A stretch of DNA of 34,256 nt from Candidatus Binatus sp. (GTDB lineage: Bacteria > Desulfobacterota > Binatia > Binatales > Binataceae): assembly GCA_049590495.1 (NCBI GenBank), contig JBAWCX010000161.1, forward strand, positions 1 to 34,256, read 5' to 3'. Numbering within the stretch: the stretch's first letter is position 1; each line of letters opens with the position of its first letter. This document shows positions 17,496 to 26,194 of this stretch, in pieces. The position numbers and the translations under genes are program-made. The notes under the pieces were generated by a model, which did no database searches, had not been told where the DNA came from, and worked only from the letters and a program-made list of their open reading frames with translations.

Positions 17496-17909
17496 CTATT
17501 CGATCTCGCCCAATACCCAGGCCGCGGTGTCCTCGGGCAGGTCGGGAATCCATTGCATGAACTCTTTGACGCTGTTGCCTACGACCTGGCTGCCGAGATT
17601 TTCCTCTAGCGCCTCGTGAAAGCGGCCCGCGACCCGGCGTGCTGTCGAGCAGACCTTTAAGGTTAGGCGCGATCGGCCGAACCATATCGAGCTTCTGGAT
17701 ATAGCGCGCGAATACCTCGACGTGTCGCGCCTCATACATGGTCTGAGTCGCGGCGTAAAACTTGGCGTCGGTATGCGGCACCGCATTCACAAGTCGTACA
17801 AACTGCGCAGCTCCTCGACCTCGGAACCGTAGTTCCACTGATAGACGACCTTCATCGCGGTCGACAGGTCAGGTTCCCGAGTGGAGGAGATACTGTCGAA
17901 TTGACTCAT
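17496..17909 (-). pseudogene. decayed ferritin-like di-iron (ExxH) protein gene
   Basis: Three pieces lie in three frames. (1) MSQFDSISSTREPDLSTAMKVVYQWNYGSEVEELRSLYDL followed by a stop. (2) QFVRLVNAVPHTDAKFYAATQTMYEARHVEVFARYIQKLDMVRPIAPNLKGLLDS, which carries ExxH. (3) ARRVAGRFHEALEENLGSQVV...WVLGEIE. The total is far shorter than an intact family member would be. Confidence 0.55.
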
Positions 17910-18106
17910 CGGTGTGTTGGTTTCTCCGGCTGCGACAGGGTTATAAGACGTTAGCTCCTGGCCCTTCGGCGGGACAAGCGCGCCCGTAGCACGTTCGCTC
18001 ATTTCCGGAGCAATCCGTCCCCGTCGGTGCACCCTTCGGAACCACTCGCCAGTGTCGGTGGCTGTCGGTATCGAAAACCTGATCCAGGTGACGGGCCAGT
18101 CGAACC

Positions 18107-18336
18107 GTGATACTCGAACGCCCGATGGTCGATTTTCTGATCAAGTTCCTGCTCGTCGTACGATCCAAACTCAAATCGCGGGGGAGACTCGAGGCGGAAA
18201 ATATCATCCTACGTCAGCAGATGATCGTCCCGGGCGGCAAGTCCCAGTTGCGGGTGTGGCCGAGAAACTTCGATCGGCTGATCTTCATGTAGATGTACCG
18301 AACTGTTCCCCTCGATTCTGGATGCGATCACCGTCT
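18107..18336 (+). mobile_element. N-terminal remnant of an rve/integrase-core type IS transposase
   Basis: KSRGRLEAENIILRQQMIV..RNFDRLIFM, then a stop and a frameshift, then FPSILDAITV. This is the conserved N-terminal pattern of the family (..LEAENL.LRQQL.VL.R......DR..F..LYR.FPS.L.A..). Homology ends at about 18336. Confidence 0.6.
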
Positions 18337-18380
18337 TACTACTGACTTCACAACTTCAGGCATCGAGGTCCCGCTCCCAC

Positions 18381-21300
18381 TCAGGAGCCCTTGCCCTTGA
18401 GGGTTACTTTGTGCGGACTGGTCGGGTCGGAGCCGACGGTGCCGGCCAGCGTCGCGGTCTCGGTGACGGACTTGGCCGGCTGGAAGGTTACCGCGACGGT
18501 GCATGACGAGTTGCCCGCAAGCGTCGAGCCGCAGGTGCCGCCAGTGATCTTGAAGACGCCAGCATTGAGGCCGGTGACGGCGCTGTCAATCGACAGGGTC
18601 ATTGGCGACATGTTGGTGACGGTGGCGGTGAGCGTCTTCGACGACGTGCGCGGGACGGTGCCGTAGAGCAGCGACGTCGGCGCGACGGAGACCGGGATGG
18701 TCGCGCCGGTGGCCAGGGCTACATCGTAGGGCCCGAGCGAATCGGGACTGTCGGACACTGACAGCGTCGCCGATTCCGTTCCCAGCGCACCCGGCTTGAA
18801 GGTGACGGCCAGGGTGCACGAGGCCTGGGCCGCAAGCATGGCCGGCGCGACGGGGCAGGTGCTGCCGGTAATCGAGAAGTCGGCGGCGTTGGTCTCGCTG
18901 AAACTCTCGCTCAACGTCACCGGCCGCGACTGATTGTTGGTAACAGTGACATTGTTCGCCGCGCTAGAGCCGAACTTCACACTGCCGAACACCGAAGTGG
19001 TGCTCGAAGTACTCAAGCCGCCGATGCCGGTGCCGGAGAGCGCGACTTTCTGTGGGCTGGTCATGGAGTTGTCGCTGATCGCAAGCGTCGCGCTATGCAC
19101 CCCAAGCGAAGCGGGCGTGAATGCAACGCCAAGCGAGCAGGACTTACGAGGGGCGACCTTTACGGGAATCGCGCCGCAGGTTCCCATCCCGCTTAGCGCA
19201 TATTCACGATCTGACGTCGTCGCGCTCGAGATGATCAGCGGATGGGTCCTACCCTTGTTGGACACCGTCACGGTCTTGGCGGACGTCGCACCTACGGCCA
19301 CATCGCCGAACGCGAGCGAAGAAGCAGCCGACATCGAAGTAGTCGGGGTCGCGGCCGGCGTAGCAGTCATCGTCGTGGTGGCCGTCGTGGTTGCGGTCGC
19401 TGTAGCAGTCGCCGTTGCCGTCTGAGTCGCAGAGGCGGTCGCGGTTGTGGTCGGCGTTGCAGTCGATGTCGTGGTCGCCGTCGAAGTCTGAGTCGCGGTG
19501 GCGGTCGCGGTTATTGTCGGCGTCGAAGTTGCTGTGGCCGTCGCTGTCCGCGTCGAGGTGTTCGTCGACGTGGCAGTCAACGTTGGGGTGGCCGTCACAG
19601 TTGTGGTCGGCGATGCAGTTGATGTAGCGGTCGCAGTTGCCGTCTGAGTCGCCGTGGCGGTCGCCGTCGCCGTCTTTGTCGCGCTGGCGGTCGCGGTTAT
19701 GGTCGGCGTTGTGGTTGACGTGGCCGTCGCGGTCTGCGTCGAGATTATCGTCGCCGTGGTAGTTGGCGTCGCGCTCGATGTCGATGTCGAGGTCGCGGTC
19801 TTTGTCGCGCTGGCGGTCGCGGTCATGGTCGGCGTTGTGGTTGATGTGGCCGTCGCCGTTTGCGTCGAGGTTATCGTCGCCGTGGCAGTTGTCGTTGCTG
19901 TGGCAGTCGGCGTCGCGGTTGATGTAGCGGTGGCGGCCTTAGTCGCAGTTGTGGTCGGCGTCGCAGTTGATGTCGCAGTTGGCGTCGCGGTCGATGTCGA
20001 TGTCGAGGTCGCCGTCGCAGTCTTCGTCGCGCTGGCGGCGGTCGCGGTTGTGGTCGGCGTTGCGGTTGAGGTCGCGGTCGCCGTTGCCGTCTGAGTTGCC
20101 GTGGCGGTCGCCGTCGCCGTGGCAGTTAACGTTGCACTGTTAGTCGGCGACGCCGTCTTTGTCGCGCTGGCGGTCGCAGTCGCGGTCGGCGTTGCGGTTG
20201 ATGTGGCGGTCGCCGTTTGCGTCGAGGTTATCGTCGCCGTGGCAGTGGTCGTTGCTGTGGCAGTCGGCGTTGTGGTTGATGTCGAGGTCGCCGTTGCCGT
20301 CGCAGTCTTCGTCGCGCTGGCGGTCGCAGTTGCGGTCGGCGTTGCGGTTGATGTGGCGGTCGCGGTTGATGTGGCGGTCGCGGTTGTGGTCGGCGTCGCA
20401 GTCGATGTGGCAGTCGCCGTCTGAGTCGCAGTTGCGGTCGCCGTGCGCGTCGCGGTTGATGTCGCGGTCGCAGTGGCGGTCGCCGTGCTCGTGGAAGTGG
20501 ATGTCGGGGTCGGTGTCAATGTCGGGCTGGGATTTGGCGCGCCGGTGTAAGCGGTGGCGAACTTGGTCATGTCGGGGCTGCCCCATCCTGTCACCAGGTC
20601 GAAGCCCGCGCCGGCGGGATATCCCGTCACGCCATTGAAGGTGTTGTTGCCGCTGGTTACATCGATCAGCCCGTTGCCGGCCGCGCCCGCCTTGGCCAGC
20701 GCGTAAGTGGTCGGATTGATGAGACCGACACGCGCGGTGCCGGCTTTTTCGGCGATCACCCGGGTAAAGCCCGCCCATAACGGAGCCGACAGGCTGGTGC
20801 CGCCCCAGCAGCACTGGATAATTGCCTTGCCCGACGAGTCGGCGCCGATGAAGACGCCGGGCGACGACGCGATCATCGAGATATCGGGAATGTCGCGCAT
20901 ACCGTCGTTGAAGGTGCCGGTCTGCCACGACGGCTTCGAAAATATGTTACTGACGCCGCCGCCGCTCGAGTCCCACGCCGTTTCGATTCCGCCGGGCGCA
21001 ACCCCGATCACGCTGGTGTCGTTACCGGAGCTATTGAATTGAGGCGAGAACTGCGTTCCGCCGACGGCGGTGACGTGCGGACTGGCCGCCATCTCGCTCG
21101 GATTCAGGCTGGTGCCGGTTATGCAGCCATTGTCGACCGGATTGTATTGCAGCCCGGCCGCGCCCCAATCGCCCGAGCTTATGAACACCGATTGGCCCTG
21201 CGCCGCTGCTTGCGAAAACAACGTATCCAGTCCGGTGAAAAATGAATTCGTCGAGTTGCAGAAGATAAAACTGATGCTAACCGCGCCGCAGATATTGTCG

Positions 21301-22331
21301 GTGATCGCCGACGAGATCGAGGTGTAGAGGTCCGAGTTGACGTAAACGTGAATCGGCGTCGCCGGCGCTGTTGCGTGCGAGTAGTCGATATCCAGGTTCG
21401 TCTCGGTCTCGTCGCCGGTGGTGCCGGGCGAGGTGCCGGTGGGCAGAACGCGCGTGAGGTTCATCGCGGGGAAACCAAAGTTCGAATCGAACAGCACCGG
21501 CGCCGCATCGAGATAATCCGAGTCCTCGGCCAGCGCCACGCAATCGGGCGACGCGGTGCCGCTGTTGCCCCCAGCTATCAGCGGAGCTTCGTTGTAGAAC
21601 GTCTCGATGTCAAAAGGACCAAAGGCGCTCGATGAACCAGACTTGGCGCCCGGATCGAGCGGCGCACTCTCGTTTTCGTTGGACGGGCTCGGATCGGCCG
21701 TATCAGCAAACGCGAGCACCAGCTCGGTCGGCGAATGAGCGGTCGAGGGACTGATCGGGGGCGTCCGATGAAGTCCCGCGGGCGCGAGCGCGTGCATGTT
21801 GTCCAGTCCCCGGATGTTCGCAATCAGGCCGTCCAGTTCGGCCGGTACCGACGGATCGGATGTGTTCCCGAAATTCGCTCCATCGGTGACAATCTCGGTG
21901 GCAAAGGCCGCCTCGGCGGTCGCGACGTTGCCCTTGACCGCGATCGTTCGCGAGCGGCCATCGACTTTGACGATCGCAAAGCCCGCATCCGCGAGCCACT
22001 TCTTTACTGCCGCGATTTGCGCCGCGGTCGGGCCGAAGCGCTGGTTGAATTCCGTAGCGCTCAGCCAGTGATGGTACTGGGGCGAGTTGGGATCCTGCTG
22101 GGCGGCCAACAACTCCTCGAGCGCAGCCTGGTTGTGCAGGCCCAAAACTATTGTGAGTTCGAGCGGGGCGCTGCCGTCGGCCCGCATCGCTGCCAGATTG
22201 ACGATATCCGCGGGATGGTTCCCGTGAATTTTTGACGGCCCCGCAGCGTAAGACGATCCAGCCAGGGCCATGCCGCCCACCAGCACGCACACCACCGCCA
22301 CGACCCGAAGCGGGACTCGTCCGATTGACAT
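18381..22331 (-). CDS. secreted sedolisin (peptidase S53) with pro-kumamolisin activation domain, ~395-aa Thr/Ala-rich linker and three C-terminal Ig-like (choice-of-anchor-D/HYDIN-like) domains
   Basis: It has a signal peptide (VVAVVCVLVGGMALAGSSYA) and a pro-domain (PLELTIVLGLHNQAALEELLAAQQDPNSPQYHHWLSATEFNQRFGP). S53 motifs are ETNLDIDYSHATAP, FISSGDWGAAG and GGTSLSAPLWAGF. Three ~100-aa repeats follow the pattern FG.V..G...TVTV.N....L......F...G.TC...L....SC...V.F.P...G...A.L. Confidence 0.85.
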   Translation of the reverse strand: MSIGRVPLRVVAVVCVLVGGMALAGSSYAAGPSKIHGNHPADIVNLAAMRADGSAPLELTIVLGLHNQAALEELLAAQQDPNSPQYHHWLSATEFNQRFGPTAAQIAAVKKWLADAGFAIVKVDGRSRTIAVKGNVATAEAAFATEIVTDGANFGNTSDPSVPAELDGLIANIRGLDNMHALAPAGLHRTPPISPSTAHSPTELVLAFADTADPSPSNENESAPLDPGAKSGSSSAFGPFDIETFYNEAPLIAGGNSGTASPDCVALAEDSDYLDAAPVLFDSNFGFPAMNLTRVLPTGTSPGTTGDETETNLDIDYSHATAPATPIHVYVNSDLYTSISSAITDNICGAVSISFIFCNSTNSFFTGLDTLFSQAAAQGQSVFISSGDWGAAGLQYNPVDNGCITGTSLNPSEMAASPHVTAVGGTQFSPQFNSSGNDTSVIGVAPGGIETAWDSSGGGVSNIFSKPSWQTGTFNDGMRDIPDISMIASSPGVFIGADSSGKAIIQCCWGGTSLSAPLWAGFTRVIAEKAGTARVGLINPTTYALAKAGAAGNGLIDVTSGNNTFNGVTGYPAGAGFDLVTGWGSPDMTKFATAYTGAPNPSPTLTPTPTSTSTSTATATATATSTATRTATATATQTATATSTATPTTTATATSTATATSTATPTATATASATKTATATATSTSTTTPTATATTTATATITSTQTATATSTATPTATATASATKTASPTNSATLTATATATATATQTATATATSTATPTTTATAASATKTATATSTSTSTATPTATSTATPTTTATKAATATSTATPTATATTTATATITSTQTATATSTTTPTMTATASATKTATSTSTSSATPTTTATIISTQTATATSTTTPTITATASATKTATATATATQTATATATSTASPTTTVTATPTLTATSTNTSTRTATATATSTPTITATATATQTSTATTTSTATPTTTATASATQTATATATATATTTATTTMTATPAATPTTSMSAASSLAFGDVAVGATSAKTVTVSNKGRTHPLIISSATTSDREYALSGMGTCGAIPVKVAPRKSCSLGVAFTPASLGVHSATLAISDNSMTSPQKVALSGTGIGGLSTSSTTSVFGSVKFGSSAANNVTVTNNQSRPVTLSESFSETNAADFSITGSTCPVAPAMLAAQASCTLAVTFKPGALGTESATLSVSDSPDSLGPYDVALATGATIPVSVAPTSLLYGTVPRTSSKTLTATVTNMSPMTLSIDSAVTGLNAGVFKITGGTCGSTLAGNSSCTVAVTFQPAKSVTETATLAGTVGSDPTSPHKVTLKGKGS
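19340..20525 (-). repeat. in-frame low-complexity coding repeat (Thr/Ala/Ser/Pro, about 395 codons) inside the S53 gene
   Basis: The translation is almost only T, A, S and P with occasional Q, K and I. Longer units recur three times (TTTATATITSTQTATATST.TP..TATASATKTA). The DNA is an imperfect GCN/ACN repeat that creates long artefactual VAVAV ORFs on the other strand. Confidence 0.85.
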
Positions 22332-22440
22332 ATTTTGTTACTAAAGGTTATTACGGAACGAAGCAAGGTCTGAAGCGAAGATTCGTCTAATTGTTCATAT
22401 TTTGTTACTAAACGGTATTACGAAGCGAAGCAAGCGGCAG
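22329..22440 (-). repeat. tandem duplication (67-bp period) of the promoter-plus-start-codon module of the S53 gene
   Basis: On the minus strand both units read CTTGCTTCG..CGTAATA.C..TTTAGTAACAAAATATG, which is TTGCTT, 17 nt, TAGTAA, 6 nt, ATG. The proximal ATG (22331) starts the S53 ORF. The distal ATG (22398) opens only MNN-stop. Confidence 0.7.
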
Positions 22441-22469
22441 GCGGGCTCAATTTGACCGAATCTATGGTC

Positions 22470-22830
22470 TTTTGGCCGTTTGTCAGCGCTTGGGCGGCTG
22501 GCGCCGGCCACAATCATTTGCGGCGGGACGAGGTACCAGGGCGGTGATGGCTCACCGTCATCGGGCACGCGAAGGGCAACTTGTGGAGCGTCGCCTTCTT
22601 TCGGAGCGAATCGATTCTGCTCTAAAGCTACTGGATCATGGTCGTGATGGACGTCTTCACCCGCATCATCGGTTTTGGCGTCGCCGCGGCGAGTCTCGAC
22701 CGTTCTGTTGTCTGCCGGATGTTCAATCGCGCGATCGCGAAGCAGACGCCGCGGCAATACCTCTCCTCAGATCACGATCCATTGCTTCGCTTTCATCGGG
22801 ATCGCCGCAGCATTAGCTGGGGCGATCCCG
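22470..22830 (+). mobile_element. central (integrase-core) remnant of an IS transposase, with in-frame stop
   Basis: The translation is WLTVIGHAKGNLWSVAFFRSESILL(stop)SYWIMVVMDVFTRIIGFGVAAASLDRSVVCRMFNRAIAKQTPRQYLSSDHDPLLRFHR. This is the conserved ..SLWS.DLFRCES..LRS.WVLVVMD.FTRRIIGFGV..DG..CRMFN.AI...P.YLSSD.DPL..FH.W pattern. It is in the same orientation as the remnant at 18107. Confidence 0.7.
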
Positions 22831-22897
22831 CTATGCGCTGATGTCGCGGTGATGTACCGGAATTGCTGACCCTCTCTAACGGCGCCGCGTAACGGAC

Positions 22898-23329
22898 CTA
22901 GCAACCATGCTTCGCGGTGACAGAGGTGCAAAACGGGTCTACTTGGTCGCCCGAGTTCGCACTCACTGCGGCAGCGCCAGACTCACTAGCTGCCTCGCAG
23001 TCCGACTCAAATCCATATGGGCCGTAGCCATGGAATTTTCCATTGATAGCCTGCTCCAGAAAAAACACAGTGGTGCTGGGGGGGGCGCAATCTGCAGCAC
23101 ATTGGTATACCACGACTTGGCCCCCCGCCTCAGACGCGGTTGTGCACGCTGATAGCGTCGAAAACACGGTCGAAGTGGTCAGCTCGACGCTCGTAGCGGT
23201 CCCGATCTCAGTCAAGTAGAAATAGCCCACTGTTGATCCGCCTCCCGACGAATGACCCGCGAGCGCGCCCGGCGCATTGGCGAGAAACAAGGCGGTCATG
23301 GCAACGATGGTTGTGGTCAGTTTTCTCAT
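22898..23329 (-). CDS. small secreted Cys-containing hypothetical protein
   Basis: 143 aa with a clear signal peptide (MRKLTTTIVAMTALFLANAPGALA) and 6 Cys in the mature part. I recognise no family. Confidence 0.55.
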   Translation of the reverse strand: MRKLTTTIVAMTALFLANAPGALAGHSSGGGSTVGYFYLTEIGTATSVELTTSTVFSTLSACTTASEAGGQVVVYQCAADCAPPSTTVFFLEQAINGKFHGYGPYGFESDCEAASESGAAAVSANSGDQVDPFCTSVTAKHGC

Positions 23330-23584
23330 TTTATAACTCCTATACTCCTGCTCGGCTCACTTTCGACTTTCTTCCATCCGCGAATCCCGCGTACGTTCGC
23401 AGCCTGGTAGGCCGAAACCGCGCGCGGGATCCGCGGCGGCGGTTGAAAATTCAACAACGGAACGATTAAAAAGACGACCGGTTGGAACTCGACCGAACTC
23501 CAGTGCTTTTACGATGCCGAAAAGCGCGTCAATTGAGGTTTTCCAAGGCTGCGACAAGATTGCCTCATCTGTGTCAACCTCAAC

Positions 23585-23745
23585 CCCACCTAGACGACCT
23601 TAGCATTCACAGATGAGTTACTATTAGTCTACGTACTCTCTTCCGTCAATAGTGGGTATCCACACACTATTAGTAGAGAATCTATTTAGTATGTAGTAAA
23701 ACCTTACTACATGATAGTTACTTGATACTTATAGTATCAGCGCGA
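23585..23745. other. AT-rich island packed with TAGTA/TACTA-based palindromes
   Basis: GC is far below the window average. ACTATTAGT occurs twice (23620-23628 and 23666-23674). GTAGTAA-aacc-TTACTAC is at 23693-23710. GATACT-tat-AGTATC is at 23724-23738. Confidence 0.6.
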
Positions 23746-23746
23746 T

Positions 23747-23830
23747 GCCTGTGGCTTGTGGCTGCTCGTGGCCGGCATGCTTACGCAAGTCGGCGGGCTT
23801 CACCACCGCTACGAACGCCTTGCCGCCTGA
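23747..23830 (+). mobile_element. possible C-terminal remnant of an rve-type transposase
   Basis: The 28 codons end in ..LTQVGGLHHRYERLAA-stop. The GGLHH.Y.R.A ending is typical of many integrase-core transposases. No upstream part is attached. Confidence 0.4.
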
Positions 23831-24308
23831 TCCGCTTACGAAGGATGCGCGATCTCCAACGGTCGCCCTGTGGCGGTCCACGGCTTCGCGCTTAAAATCC
23901 TCATGGTGAACCGCAACTGCCCAGAGCGATCGGGGATGATCGGCGCCCGACTCAGCTCGTGCGCTTCATCCCACCCTACACGCCGCAGACCAGAATCTCA
24001 CATGAGATGGAGTTTTGCGCAGCCACAGCGTTCTTCTTGTCCCATGTGTATACCATGCTCACGACTTCAATCGGGCGCTGCTCGATGCCTTTGATCGTGT
24101 CGGGAGCCGGGACGGACTGCAGGATTCGCAGCGCTTACCGCAGCGACCGTCCGGTACACTTGGAGCGGACCATCTGCAGTGCGATGATGACCTGATGCAT
24201 TGGGGAGGCGAGTTGCTGCACATCACTTTGGACCGCATGCGTCGGCACTTATGAAGCGCTCTCCAAAGGGCGGATTGATGGCGGCGCGGGTCCGAATCAC
24301 GATTCAAA

Positions 24309-26006
24309 ATGGAAATTCCGGCTGAAGCGGGACCATCACTTTTGGTCCCGGAGGCGCCAGACCTCCGACAAAACGGCGGAAGGCTGCCGCTTGGGCCGTT
24401 TCTCGCGTTGACTCTTCTTGTTCCTGCGGCGATCGTCATCGGCAATTTCGTCATTGGCGTACGGACACCCATCACTCTCGGGCCTGAAGACGACATGGTG
24501 CAAATCGATCGGGTGTGGCGTTTTGTTCAGAGCTACCATGTTGGGACTGACTTCCACGACCCGCATGGATTTGGCCCTTTTCAAGTTGCGGCCATCCTAT
24601 GGCGCCTGCTTGGACCGCACTATTACGTCCTGCGCGCGTCAGCCGATCTCTTTGCACTCGTCATTGTTCTTTGCAGCTGCGTAGTCGCGATGCGGCAGCT
24701 GCGCCACGCGCCAGGCCTTGCCGGGCTCTTTTGCATAACAGTTGCCTTCGAAGCGTCTGGCCCATCGATCTATGGATGGCTCCATGATTTCGGCATGTGT
24801 CTTTTTCATGACCGGCTGCTCATGTCCGCTTTGTCGGTCTTGTTCCTGCAGAGCTTCGCAAACGATTTGGATTCGCGGCGCGAGCGCGATTGTATCGATC
24901 TATTCACCGCCGCGTTCCTCCTGAACGTACTCTTCCTGGTGAAAATATCCGGTTTGGTCCTAGGACTCGCTGTCGTGGTGGGAGGATATATCGTTCGCGG
25001 CCGCTTCTCGCGAAGTCTCGCCAACATCGCTCTGGTATTGCTGTTTCTCGGTGTGATGGTGGCGACCGATTTTGTCATCACTGGAACCAGACTCTCCCCT
25101 GTCATCCAAGAGTATTGGCTGGCTGCTCAAGCCAGAGTGGGATCCTATTCGGTTCTTGATGCCCTGTGGTTCGCCTCTTTATTCCCGGTCTTTGGCGTAG
25201 TCGTGCTGATGGTTCTCTATGCAGTCTCGCGGCCGGGCAGCGGCGAGAATTTATGGCGCTGCTTCTTCATCGTCGCATTCTTTTGGGTGTGTCAAGTCGC
25301 GCTCAACATGAGCAACAGTTCCGCGCCCGCTCTCCTGTTTCTCGCCCCCGCCGCCGCCATTGCTGTGGTGACCTGGACAGACACATCCGACACAGAGCTC
25401 TTTTCGAGACATTTGTGGAGCAATTTTCATCCCCGAAGACTGCACGAAATTTCTGTCATTGAAGCAATCCCGCTGCTGATTGTTGCGCTGGTCCTCGCGC
25501 CGGAGGCACTAACATCACTCAGAGCCGTTAAGCTGGATTATTCAATCCCATCGGGGACCGTTAAGCCCATCGCAGTAACGGCGAACAAGGGAATCACGTT
25601 CGAAGTATTTCCAAAAGATCCGGACGTTATAGGCTTCGCGCTTTCCATAAATCGTTCAATTCAAGCAATTGAGGGTCTCGGTGCAAGCCGAGACGTGATC
25701 GCAAATCTGGATTTCATGAATCCTTTTCCAGCGTTGTTACTCAGTCAGTCCCCTAAGGGCGTGTCGGTCTATTGGGATTTTGGCAACAACGTACCCGTCG
25801 GTTACAAACCCGGTTGGCAAGAGATCATAGGCGACGCATGCATCGTTACCGAGCCGAAGCACGGGGTAGAGGCGGGATATTATTCCAAGCCTCTGATCGA
25901 TGCCGTCCAACCGCATCTCACGAGCGCATTCACACTCGTCTATGAAGATGAATTGTGGAGGATTTGGAAAAATAGCCGTTGTGCCTCCCGAAAACCTTAT
26001 CCGTGA
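24309..26006 (+). CDS. polytopic integral membrane protein with C-terminal soluble domain (possible GT-C-fold glycosyltransferase)
   Basis: 565 aa with many long hydrophobic segments. An acidic EDD sits in the first predicted loop (TLGPEDDMVQIDRVW). The last ~190 aa are hydrophilic. The family assignment is tentative. Confidence 0.55.
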   Translation: MEIPAEAGPSLLVPEAPDLRQNGGRLPLGPFLALTLLVPAAIVIGNFVIGVRTPITLGPEDDMVQIDRVWRFVQSYHVGTDFHDPHGFGPFQVAAILWRLLGPHYYVLRASADLFALVIVLCSCVVAMRQLRHAPGLAGLFCITVAFEASGPSIYGWLHDFGMCLFHDRLLMSALSVLFLQSFANDLDSRRERDCIDLFTAAFLLNVLFLVKISGLVLGLAVVVGGYIVRGRFSRSLANIALVLLFLGVMVATDFVITGTRLSPVIQEYWLAAQARVGSYSVLDALWFASLFPVFGVVVLMVLYAVSRPGSGENLWRCFFIVAFFWVCQVALNMSNSSAPALLFLAPAAAIAVVTWTDTSDTELFSRHLWSNFHPRRLHEISVIEAIPLLIVALVLAPEALTSLRAVKLDYSIPSGTVKPIAVTANKGITFEVFPKDPDVIGFALSINRSIQAIEGLGASRDVIANLDFMNPFPALLLSQSPKGVSVYWDFGNNVPVGYKPGWQEIIGDACIVTEPKHGVEAGYYSKPLIDAVQPHLTSAFTLVYEDELWRIWKNSRCASRKPYP

Positions 26007-26194
26007 TGACGCGCGGGGTAGCATATGGTGATGAAGCGGCCGATGGTCGCGCCTTTGACTCAACTGCTGGATACTATCCGGTAACGGCCACGTTGAGCGG
26101 CTCATCGGATCGATTCGGCGCGAAAGCCCCCCATCAATCTGTGGGTCGCAAAATCACCATGGGAAACTTTAGAAACCCTCGCGCTACCGGGGAT

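Noticed and set aside
19654-20424. ORFs encoding VAVAVAV... peptides (19654..20094, 20101..20424 and others) and the apparent tandem DNA repeat, considered as a possible non-coding repeat or CRISPR-like array.
   Set aside because: They are the antisense of the in-frame Thr/Ala linker of the S53 gene. There is no repeat-spacer architecture and the sense frame stays open through the whole region.
23870-24496. ORFs between the transposase stump and the membrane-protein gene (23870..24094 +, 23959..24195 +, 24059..24496 -).
   Set aside because: They have no motifs, overlap each other and the start of the 24309 gene, and have a Cys/Arg/Ser-rich composition. I treat the region as non-coding or decayed.
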